A stretch of DNA of 64,000 bases, taken from an uncultured bacterium. GTDB lineage: Bacteria > Actinomycetota > Acidimicrobiia > Acidimicrobiales > VFJN01. Within the stretch, counting starts at the first letter, position 1. Each line of letters opens with the position of its first letter. The notes below the pieces were generated by a model that ran no database searches, was not told where the DNA came from, and saw nothing but the letters and a program-made list of their open reading frames with translations. The stretch is from NCBI GenBank assembly GCA_963756425.1, contig CAVWNW010000012.1:160783-224782 (forward strand). Direction: 5' to 3'. A program made the translations under genes and the position numbers. Below, in pieces: positions 40,396-47,931 of this stretch.

Positions 40396-41319
40396 CTAGT
40401 GGGGATCGGGCCGGTCGAGCCGTAGCCGCCCCCGGGACCGCGTCACCCGCCAACGCCCCGGGAGCTCGCACGCCACGGCCTCGCCCCGCGCCACGGCGAG
40501 GACGCGATCGACGCTGGCCCCGTCGGGCGGATGCAGCTCGTCGCCGCCGGGCCCGCCGGAGCGCAGCCACCGCCTGACGGCGCGGCGGGCGAGCGGCGCC
40601 GGGGCCGCGGCGAGCGTCCGGGCGTCGCAGGGATCGAGCGCCGCGGACAGCTCGTCGAGGAGCGCGACGTCGTCGCGTGCCAGGTCGGTCTGGCGGGCGA
40701 GGATCGGCGCGATGTCGCGCTCGGCGATGTCGTCGAGCAGCGGAAGCAGCTCGTGCCGGACCCGGTTGCGGCGGAATGCCGGGTCGCGATTGGTCGGGTC
40801 CTCGACCGGCTCGAGGCTCAGGGCCTCGCACAGGGCCCGGGTCTCCCGGCCGCGCAGGCGGCGCAGTGGGCGGGCCCGCGGGTCCATGCCGGCAAGGCCG
40901 TCGAGGCCGGCGCCCCGCAGCAGGTTCAGCAGCATCGTCTCCGCCTGGTCGTCGGCGGTGTGCCCGGTGAGCACGCCGGCCGGGAGGGCGGCGTAGCGGG
41001 CGGCCCGGGCGCGAGCCTCGAGGTTGGGGCCAGGCTCCACCGGGGCCCGCACCCCGCAGAACGCGGCGCCCCAGCGGTCGGCCGCGGCCCGCACGACGTC
41101 GGCCTCGCCGGCGGACCCCGGCCGCAGCCCATGGTCGACGTGCACGGCCGTGACCCGACAGCCGGCCTCTACGGCGAGAACCAGGAGCGCCAGCGAGTCG
41201 GCCCCGCCCGACACCGCGCACGTCACCGCCGTCCGGTCCGTCGCGAAGTCGCACCTGGCCAGCAGGGCGGCGATCAGCTCGCCGCCCGGAGGCGTTGCCT
41301 GCGTTCGTCCGGAGGTCAT
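40396..41319 (-). CDS. tilS: tRNA(Ile)-lysidine synthase
   Basis: It has the PP-loop AVSGGADSLAL, then HVDHGLRPGS. The start ATG (41319-41317) lies inside repeat unit b1. Confidence 0.85.
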   Translation of the reverse strand: MTSGRTQATPPGGELIAALLARCDFATDRTAVTCAVSGGADSLALLVLAVEAGCRVTAVHVDHGLRPGSAGEADVVRAAADRWGAAFCGVRAPVEPGPNLEARARAARYAALPAGVLTGHTADDQAETMLLNLLRGAGLDGLAGMDPRARPLRRLRGRETRALCEALSLEPVEDPTNRDPAFRRNRVRHELLPLLDDIAERDIAPILARQTDLARDDVALLDELSAALDPCDARTLAAAPAPLARRAVRRWLRSGGPGGDELHPPDGASVDRVLAVARGEAVACELPGRWRVTRSRGRLRLDRPDPH

Positions 41320-41409
41320 GAGTTCCGCCGGGGCGAGGCCGAGGTCATAGGTTCCAGGCCCGGAACCTATGACCTCAGGCTCCCACGTGCGGAACTCACG
41401 ACCTCGGGC
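41312..41409. repeat. Nested-palindrome element, copy B (best copy)
   Basis: The four units are GAGGTCATGAGTTCCGC (41312-41328), GAGGTCATAGGTTCC (41341-41355), GGAACCTATGACCTC (41362-41376) and GCGGAACTCACGACCTC (41389-41405). The inner stem is a perfect 15 bp with a 6-nt loop. The outer stem pairs at 16 of 17 positions. Confidence 0.9.
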
Positions 41410-41429
41410 GGGGACCCGGCTGCAAGCCG

Positions 41430-42521
41430 CTACCCGACGAGCTCCTCGGAGAGCTTGACCCGGTCCAGCCACTCCTGGGGGGCCCGGATCTCGGCCAGGG
41501 TGGGCAGCCACTCGGGCCCGCGCCAGGCGGCGTCGAGGGCGCCGGGCCCGCCATGGCGCTCGACGTAGGCGATGAACGACTCGCCCTGCGCGTACTGCTG
41601 GAACTTGGCGTCGATGCCGAGCGCCTTCTGCAGCAGCTTGGCCACGCTGCCCCCCTGTTTCCGCCGCTCGCGCAGCGCCCGCGAGAACCGGGCCGCCGAG
41701 GGGACGTGACCCTTGCCGGCCCGGTCCATGGTGACGTCGCCGTGGCCCTCGAGCAGGCTCATCAGACCGCCGATCCGGCCGAACAGCTCACGCTGGTCGG
41801 GGCTGGCCAGCAGGGTGGCGATGCCCCCCTCGTCAAGCGGGTTGTTGCCCGAGCGCAGGTCCTCGATCACCCGACCGAGGGCGTCGAGGAATCGCTTGGG
41901 ATCGGGATCGACGGCGCCGAGCGTCTGCTCGACAAGGGAGAGGAAGTGCGGCCGCAGCCACGGCACCCCGGTGAACTGCGCCCGGTGGGTCACCTCGTGG
42001 AGGGCCAGCCACAGGCGGAACTCGTGGGGCGGGAAGGCGTAGCGCTTCTCCAGCGCCAGCACGTTGGGACCCACGTAGTAGACGAGGTCCTGGTCCTCGG
42101 GGTCCTCGTCTTCGATCACCAGCAGGTCGTACTGACCGAGCACGCGAGTGGCCATCCACCCGAGCAGGGTGCCGACCTCGACACCAGCGATCCGGCGGGA
42201 CACCGCCGCCGGGACCGCGGCGATCCCCTGCTTGTCCCCCGTGCGCTCGGCCATCTTGTCGGTGAGCGGGCGCAAAAGGCGACCGAAGCTGGCGAGGTTG
42301 GCCCGCACCCAGTCGGCCCGGTCCACCACCCGGGCCCGGGCCGGACCGCTGGCCGAGCGCAGCCCGGTCGCCGCGGCCACGAGCTCCTCGGCTTGGGTGG
42401 TCACCTCGGCGAAGTCGGACTCCAGCCGGTCGTAGTGGTACGACGCCGCCAAGGGCTCGTGGCCGGAGACCCGGACCGCCACGCGTTCGGCGAGCCCCCA
42501 GTCGACCGGACTGACTGGCAC
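41430..42521 (-). CDS. Zinc-dependent metalloprotease, DUF2342/TIGR03624-type
   Basis: It has the HEXXH motif (LALHEVTHRAQF). The general pattern is that of the actinobacterial 'coenzyme F420 biosynthesis-associated'-type hydrolase family. Confidence 0.7.
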   Translation of the reverse strand: MPVSPVDWGLAERVAVRVSGHEPLAASYHYDRLESDFAEVTTQAEELVAAATGLRSASGPARARVVDRADWVRANLASFGRLLRPLTDKMAERTGDKQGIAAVPAAVSRRIAGVEVGTLLGWMATRVLGQYDLLVIEDEDPEDQDLVYYVGPNVLALEKRYAFPPHEFRLWLALHEVTHRAQFTGVPWLRPHFLSLVEQTLGAVDPDPKRFLDALGRVIEDLRSGNNPLDEGGIATLLASPDQRELFGRIGGLMSLLEGHGDVTMDRAGKGHVPSAARFSRALRERRKQGGSVAKLLQKALGIDAKFQQYAQGESFIAYVERHGGPGALDAAWRGPEWLPTLAEIRAPQEWLDRVKLSEELVG

Positions 42522-42552
42522 TACCGCGCCCCCACCTAGCCGACCCCCACCC

Positions 42553-42684
42553 CTACGAACCCTTCTTGGGGTAGCGGGGCGACTCCACCTTCTTCAGGTA
42601 GCCGAACGCCAGGGCGGCCAGCGTGACGACGGCGCCCAGCACGAGCGCCACACCGATCCAGTAGTGCCAGACCACCGCGAGCAT
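42553..42684 (-). CDS. Possible 43-aa single-TM small protein
   Basis: MLAVVWHYWIGVALVLGAVVTLAALAFGYLKKVESPRYPKKGS. It is too short for the ORF track. One clear TM helix is followed by a basic tail. There is no homology evidence. Confidence 0.35.
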   Translation of the reverse strand: MLAVVWHYWIGVALVLGAVVTLAALAFGYLKKVESPRYPKKGS

Positions 42685-42755
42685 GGGTCGCATGCTAGGC
42701 AACGAACGCAAGAGTCACGAAGCGCACCCGGCCGGGCCGGGACTGGTGACCCGGC

Positions 42756-42998
42756 TCAGTCGGTGAGTTGGGAGGCCTCCGACTCCAGCGCCGTGCGGAT
42801 CTTGTCCATCAGGGCGTCGGGCACCTGTTCCTGACACTTCCGCCGCACGACCGCCCGCAGTTCAGCCTCGAAGTCGTAGGGCTCGGCGCACGGCTGGCAC
42901 TCGTCGAGGTGGTGCTGGATGGCGACGCGGCGGTCGTCGGTCAGCTCGCCGTCCAAGAAGCCGTACAGCTCGTGGAGTGCGTCTTGACAATCAGACAT
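42756..42998 (-). CDS. rsrA: Zinc-binding anti-sigma factor (ZAS family, RsrA/RshA-like)
   Basis: It has the HHLDECQPC (HxxxCxxC) motif plus an N-terminal Cys. It overlaps the sigma factor gene's 3' end. Confidence 0.85.
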   Translation of the reverse strand: MSDCQDALHELYGFLDGELTDDRRVAIQHHLDECQPCAEPYDFEAELRAVVRRKCQEQVPDALMDKIRTALESEASQLTD

Positions 42999-43575
42999 GA
43001 GCATCATCCGGAACCGGGGCAGTGAGGTTGCGTTCGACGGCAAACTCGTACAACCGCTTCTGAAGCGCCTTTCTTCCCCGGTGCAGGCGACTCATGACGG
43101 TGCCGATGGGGATGTCGAGTATCTCGGCGATCTCTTTGTAGGCGAATCCCTCCACGTCCGCCAGCAGTACGGCCATGCGGAAGTTCTCGGGCAACGACTC
43201 GAGGGCCTCCTTCACCTCGGCGTCGGTGAACCGCTCGAGCAGCTCGTCCTCGGCGCTCCGGCCCGCCATGGCCGCCTCGAGGCCGCCAATCCGGCGGTAG
43301 AGGTAAAGGTCCTCGACCTCGTCGAGCTCGGTCTCGTCGGGCCGACGCTTCTTGGCGCGATAGCTGTTGATGTAGGTGTTGGTGAGGATGCGGTACAGCC
43401 ACGCCTTGAGGTTGGTCCCCTCCTCGAAGCCCTCGAACCCGCGGTAGGCCCTCAGGTACGTCTCCTGCACGAGGTCCTCGGCGTCGGACGGATTCCGGGT
43501 CATGCGCAGCGCGGCCGCATACAGCGACGGCATGAGGCCCATCGTCTGCTCGGCGAATGTCGCCCGGTCGGCCAC
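42991..43575 (-). CDS. sigH: ECF sigma factor, SigH/SigR-type
   Basis: Region 2 reads [40 protein letters not shown]. Region 4 reads [27 protein letters not shown]. It is paired with a ZAS anti-sigma gene. Confidence 0.88.
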   Translation of the reverse strand: MADRATFAEQTMGLMPSLYAAALRMTRNPSDAEDLVQETYLRAYRGFEGFEEGTNLKAWLYRILTNTYINSYRAKKRRPDETELDEVEDLYLYRRIGGLEAAMAGRSAEDELLERFTDAEVKEALESLPENFRMAVLLADVEGFAYKEIAEILDIPIGTVMSRLHRGRKALQKRLYEFAVERNLTAPVPDDAHV

Positions 43576-43632
43576 AGCGGGACCCTACCCCTCACCCGGG
43601 AGGCACCCAACTGCCCGGTATGTTGCCGCGCC

Positions 43633-44169
43633 ATGAGCTTCATGACGGATATCGCGACCCTGCGTGAGCGCGCCCGGGCGACGATCAACGAGGGCCCCAT
43701 CACCGACGCCTACGGCGCCGATCGCACCCAGGTGATCGACGTCCTGAACCAGGCGCTGGCCACCGAGATCGTGTGCGTCCTGCGCTACAAGCGCCACTAC
43801 TTCATGGCCGAAGGGCTCAACAGCGGTCCGGTCGCCGCCGAGTTCCTCCAGCACGCCAACGAGGAGATGGGGCACGCCGACCAGATCGCCATGCGCATAA
43901 CCCAACTCCAGGGCGAGCCCAACTTCTCGCCGGCCGGCATCGAGACCCGCTCGCACTCCGAGTACGTCGAGGGCAGCGGCCTGGTGGACATGATCAAGGA
44001 GGACCTGGTCGCGGAGCGCATTGCCATCGAGTCCTACGCCGAGATCGTCAAATGGCTGGGCGACAAGGACCCGACCACGCGTCGGCTGATGGAAGAGATC
44101 CTGGCGGTGGAGGAGGAGCACGCCGACGACCTCCTCAACCTCCTCGCCGACCTGGAAAAGCTTGGCTAG
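43633..44169 (+). CDS. bfr: Bacterioferritin-like ferritin-domain protein
   Basis: LNQALATEIVCVLRYKRHYFMA...HANEEMGHADQIAMRI...LVAERIAIESY...EEILAVEEEHADDL shows di-iron ligand spacing of ExxH type. Confidence 0.75.
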   Translation: MSFMTDIATLRERARATINEGPITDAYGADRTQVIDVLNQALATEIVCVLRYKRHYFMAEGLNSGPVAAEFLQHANEEMGHADQIAMRITQLQGEPNFSPAGIETRSHSEYVEGSGLVDMIKEDLVAERIAIESYAEIVKWLGDKDPTTRRLMEEILAVEEEHADDLLNLLADLEKLG

Positions 44170-44186
44170 GACCGGCCGGGCCCCGG

Positions 44187-46004
44187 TCAACGGGGGACCA
44201 GCGCCCCCGCCGAATAGGTGACCGACGGGTCCCAGAGGATGAACCGGTCGATCCCGAGGGAGGCAGCGGCATCGATCTGGGCCCGCACCTGGGCATCGCC
44301 GTAGCCCACGCCCCGCAGAGAGAAGTCCTGCAGCCACGGAGCGAGCACCGCGCCCCGGTAGGCGGACGCCTGCTGGAACCGCTGGAGCACGGCACGTACG
44401 AGGTCACCGGGCTGGTTGATCGGGCTGGCCACGTTGTGGCGCCCGGCGCTCCAGTACCCGGGGAAGATCTGCGGAGCCACGTAGTCGGCGTTGGCCGCGA
44501 TGCGGGGAACGTCCTGGCCCACGAGGTCGCCCTGCTCGGCCGCCTCGCCGTCGCTGGTCACACCCTGGTAGGCGCCGCGCCGGCGGAGCTCGCTATGGGC
44601 CTCGGCCAGGAATCCCACGATCGAGTCGCTCGGCGAGCCGGACAGGCCAGGGATCACCATGCCCGCGAGATCACCGCCAGGGCGTCGGGTGTCGTCCCAG
44701 AGGATGTCGTCGACGCCCCGGTTCACGGCGTCGAGCGCGATGGCGAGGTTGTAGCGGCGCACCGCACGGTCGGCGAAGTTGGTGAACTGCCCGTCGGAGC
44801 CATAGGGACCGCCACCCGGCGACTGGATCACCTGGTTGGTCTCGCCCGCCCCCCAGGCGGCGTGCGCCAGCGCCGGATCGCGGAACGCCACCACCCTGCC
44901 GATCACGCGAGCCCCGCGGTCCTTCAACGCCCGGACCGCGTCGTCGAGATCGTAGAACGCGGTCACGGCCCCGATCTGGTGCGCGCGCTCGACGGTGGTG
45001 TCGTAGCCGACGATGCCCTGGTCGTCCTTGAGGTCGAGCTGCACGGTGTCGATCCGGCCCTCGTCGACCAGGCGGAGGATGCCGTTGCGCAGCTCCTCGT
45101 TCCCCCAGGCCGGTGCGCTCACGTGCACGCCCCGGAGGCTGGGATAGGTCACCGGGACGACCACCGATGCGGGCGTGACGTTGCCGGCCTCGTCGACGAC
45201 CTCGAGCGAGAACGGGCCCGCCGGGGCGCGCGTGTACGAGAGCGTGAAGTCGCCTTCGTCGTCGACCTCGACCTCGTCGCCGTCGGCCCGCACCGTAGAC
45301 CCCGCCTCGACCCTGCCCCTCACCTCTGCGGGCGCGTCGATCGCCACCGGCTCGACCATCGGCGGCACCTCGACCTTCGGTGGTGTCAGGTCGACGGTGA
45401 AGTCCCATGTGACGTGGGCGTCGTCGAGCACCGCGCGCGGCACCGCCAGCACCAGCTGGTGCTCGCCCTCGGCCAGCTCGCCCGGCGGCTTCCACACCAT
45501 GGTGGCGCCCTCGACCGTCGGCTCCTCGACCGCCTCGCCGTCGAAGCTCAGCGACGCCGCGCGGGCGTCGCTGCGCGATGCGAACGTGACCTTCACCTCG
45601 AGGGCCGCCGCCGCTTTACCGTCGAGCGCGGCGCCGTCCTCGAGGCCGGTCTGTTCGATGTCGACCCGGGTGGCCCGGTACACGAGCACGGCGACGAACG
45701 CGATCGTCGCGAGCGCCACCACCGCGGCGAAGATGGTGCCGGCCTCGATCCGCTTGCGGTGCTCGCGGAACACGGTCGGCCCGTCCGGCCTGCGCTCTTC
45801 CAACGTCAGCGGCCGGGGCGCGAAGTCGAGCCGGCCGCTGCGCCACGGGCGCCGTCCCCGCCCCTTGCGTTTGCCCGGACGGAGCGTGTGGCGCGACCCC
45901 TCGTCCTCGGTCCCCGGCATGTCGCTCAGCGAAGACGTCACGGTGGGCTCGGTTCTGTCCGGCGATATGGGAGTCAGTCTCCACATCCCGTGTTCCCCCC
46001 GCAA
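44187..46004 (-). CDS. Membrane-anchored protein with Ig-like region and putative glycoside-hydrolase (GHL/DUF4015-like TIM barrel) domain
   Basis: It has a basic N-terminus, one TM helix (IFAAVVALATIAFVAVLVY) and beta-rich repeats. These are followed by LRGVHVS..W......L..LV.EGRIDTVQLDLKDDQG.VGY...RVIGRVVAFRD...FILWDP. The start codon is uncertain. Confidence 0.5.
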   Translation of the reverse strand: MRGEHGMWRLTPISPDRTEPTVTSSLSDMPGTEDEGSRHTLRPGKRKGRGRRPWRSGRLDFAPRPLTLEERRPDGPTVFREHRKRIEAGTIFAAVVALATIAFVAVLVYRATRVDIEQTGLEDGAALDGKAAAALEVKVTFASRSDARAASLSFDGEAVEEPTVEGATMVWKPPGELAEGEHQLVLAVPRAVLDDAHVTWDFTVDLTPPKVEVPPMVEPVAIDAPAEVRGRVEAGSTVRADGDEVEVDDEGDFTLSYTRAPAGPFSLEVVDEAGNVTPASVVVPVTYPSLRGVHVSAPAWGNEELRNGILRLVDEGRIDTVQLDLKDDQGIVGYDTTVERAHQIGAVTAFYDLDDAVRALKDRGARVIGRVVAFRDPALAHAAWGAGETNQVIQSPGGGPYGSDGQFTNFADRAVRRYNLAIALDAVNRGVDDILWDDTRRPGGDLAGMVIPGLSGSPSDSIVGFLAEAHSELRRRGAYQGVTSDGEAAEQGDLVGQDVPRIAANADYVAPQIFPGYWSAGRHNVASPINQPGDLVRAVLQRFQQASAYRGAVLAPWLQDFSLRGVGYGDAQVRAQIDAAASLGIDRFILWDPSVTYSAGALVPR

Positions 46005-46040
46005 TGACCCAATCTCCGCCCCGCGAAATCCCTGCTCGCG

Positions 46041-47192
46041 GTGGCCGCGCCACGGAGAGAGATACTCGTCGCGTGGGGTGGTTTCGCGGGGATTCCGTAT
46101 GTAACACTGCCGTCAGCGGGGGACACGACACGGGGAGGACCGGCCGTGGTTGACGACGAAGGCACCGAGGGTCAGCCAGACCTACTCGGGTCCAGCGTCG
46201 ATGTCCCGGCGCCGGGTTCGATCGACGGACTCGACTACATCGCCCCCACCGCACCGCCGTCGCGGGTCGGCACGACCGACATCGCCCAGGTACGCGACTC
46301 CGCGGCATCGGTCAAGCGGGGCGACATGCGCTGGGGCGGAGGCTTCGGGTTCGACGCTGCGCTGGTCGAGACGCGACGGGCGCGCGACCTGCTGGAGGCC
46401 CGTTGCCCGCCGAAGCTCCGGCCGCAGCTGCTGGTGGCGGTCGGGTGGCTCGCATGCAACACCGGGTTCATGGCCTTCGACGTCGACCGCTACCGCGACG
46501 CGTCCCGGCTCTGGCAGATGGCGTCGCACTGCGCCGAGGAGGCCGACAACTGGAGCCTGGAGGCGCGGGTGCTCGGGTCGATGGCGCGCCAGGCGACCTG
46601 GTTGGGGCGGCCATCGGAGGCGCTCGCCCTCCTCGATCGGGCGCTCGAGGACGCCCATGGGCGCCTGGTTCCGACCGAGCAGGCGATGCTGTGGGCGCTC
46701 AGGGCCCGGGCCCACGCGGAGGCCGGTGAAGTGGAGGCGACAGAGGCGGCGATCGGGACGGCCGACCAGTGGTTCGCGGCGCGCGACCTCGACGAGTGCG
46801 GCGACCGCCCGTGGGTGGCGCACTACAGCCACGCCCACCACTGGGGGGACACGGGCCTGGCCTGGGACCGCCTGGCGGTGACGGGGCACAGCGCCCATGC
46901 GGTGGTCCAGGCCGGGGGGCGCCACCAGGCGGCCGCCGACGGACACGGCGAGGACGCCGCCCGGTCGCATGCACTGGCGCTCGTCGCCCTGGCACAGCTC
47001 GACACGACGGTCGGCGACCTGGACCGCGGCGTCGAGGCGGGCCACCGGGCGCTGGCGGCGGCGCGGCGCGTCAGCTCCGGCCGCGTGCGCGACAACCTGA
47101 TCGCCCTGCACGAGAGCATGGCGCCGCACAACGACCGCAACGACGTCGCCGACCTGCGCGAGCAGATCGCCTCTGTCCTGCTGGCCGCCTGA
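46041..47192 (+). CDS. TPR-like regulator-domain protein (resembles the C-terminal part of Streptomyces XRE/TPR regulators; no HTH seen)
   Basis: VRDSAASVKRGDMRWGGG...LLVAVGWLACNTGFMAFDVDRYRDASRLWQMASHCAEEADNWSLEARVLGSMARQATWLGRPSEALALLD. The start is uncertain. Confidence 0.45.
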   Translation: MAAPRREILVAWGGFAGIPYVTLPSAGDTTRGGPAVVDDEGTEGQPDLLGSSVDVPAPGSIDGLDYIAPTAPPSRVGTTDIAQVRDSAASVKRGDMRWGGGFGFDAALVETRRARDLLEARCPPKLRPQLLVAVGWLACNTGFMAFDVDRYRDASRLWQMASHCAEEADNWSLEARVLGSMARQATWLGRPSEALALLDRALEDAHGRLVPTEQAMLWALRARAHAEAGEVEATEAAIGTADQWFAARDLDECGDRPWVAHYSHAHHWGDTGLAWDRLAVTGHSAHAVVQAGGRHQAAADGHGEDAARSHALALVALAQLDTTVGDLDRGVEAGHRALAAARRVSSGRVRDNLIALHESMAPHNDRNDVADLREQIASVLLAA

Positions 47193-47196
47193 CCCG

Positions 47197-47243
47197 GTCT
47201 TTGAAGGAAATCCGGGCCTAGGGCCCCGAAGATCTTCAAAGAC
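47197..47243. terminator. Hairpin between convergent genes (locally AT-richer)
   Basis: GTCTTTGAAG-N27-CTTCAAAGAC, a 10-bp perfect stem between the stop at 47192 (+) and the stop at 47268 (-). Confidence 0.45.
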
Positions 47244-47267
47244 GCGTGTCTGGACGCCTGACGCCGC

Positions 47268-47783
47268 TCAGGCGGTGAAGCGGTAACGAGCTTGGCTGTA
47301 GGGCTCGCCCTTGCCGAACGACAGCACCTTCGTCGGGGTGACACCGAAGACCAAGGCCACGCCGGGGCCATCGGGATCCCTGAACGCGCCGTCGGCGACG
47401 TCGAAGTCCCAGTCGAGCTTCGACTTCCATATCGCCGCCAGCCGTTCGAGCTGCGCGGTGTCGGTGACACGGGTGGCGGTGCCCTCGACCACGACGTCGA
47501 GCCCGGATCGGAACTGGTTGGTCCCGGTCGTGAGGATGCAGCGGGGATTGTCCTCGAGGTTCTTCGCCTTCTGCTCGGCGGCGCCGGTGCAGAAGTGAAG
47601 TGTGCCGTCGAGCCAGACGGCGGGCAGCGGCGTGACGTGCGGTCGCCCGTCGCGGCGGACGGTCGACAGCCAGAACATCTCGGAGCTCGACAGCACGTCG
47701 ACCACCTCGGCCCACGGAGGCGCCTTGGCGCCCGGACTACTGAACTGCTCGTTCAACTCGGCGGTCGGTTCGATGTCGGGCAT
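47268..47783 (-). CDS. Pyridoxamine 5'-phosphate oxidase-family (F420/FMN-binding split-barrel) protein
   Basis: MFWLSTVRRDGRPHVTPLPAVWLDGTLHFCTGAAEQKAKNL..NPRC. Confidence 0.75.
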   Translation of the reverse strand: MPDIEPTAELNEQFSSPGAKAPPWAEVVDVLSSSEMFWLSTVRRDGRPHVTPLPAVWLDGTLHFCTGAAEQKAKNLEDNPRCILTTGTNQFRSGLDVVVEGTATRVTDTAQLERLAAIWKSKLDWDFDVADGAFRDPDGPGVALVFGVTPTKVLSFGKGEPYSQARYRFTA

Positions 47784-47931
47784 CTCGATGCGCTCCTGTA
47801 CCGGGTTCCATGCATCCACCCGCCACTGGTAGGACAGCGCGTCGAGGCGGAACTCATCGGTGGTCAGCCGGCGAGTGCCCGACCGTGCCCGACACCCTCG
47901 CGCCCTGACCCTCGCGGAGGCCGATAGGTGT

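Noticed and set aside
43576-43632. SigR/SigH-type autoregulated promoter (GGAAT-N16-18-GTT) in the sigH-bfr divergent spacer.
   Set aside because: I found no convincing match on either strand in the 58-bp spacer. The promoter may lie inside the bfr leader or be diverged.
47847-47860. Solo GCGGAACTCATCGG resembling one unit of the nested-palindrome family, upstream of the UbiB gene.
   Set aside because: It is a single ~11-nt match with one mismatch and no partner arm. I judge such a short match too weak to distinguish from chance in GC-rich DNA of this size.
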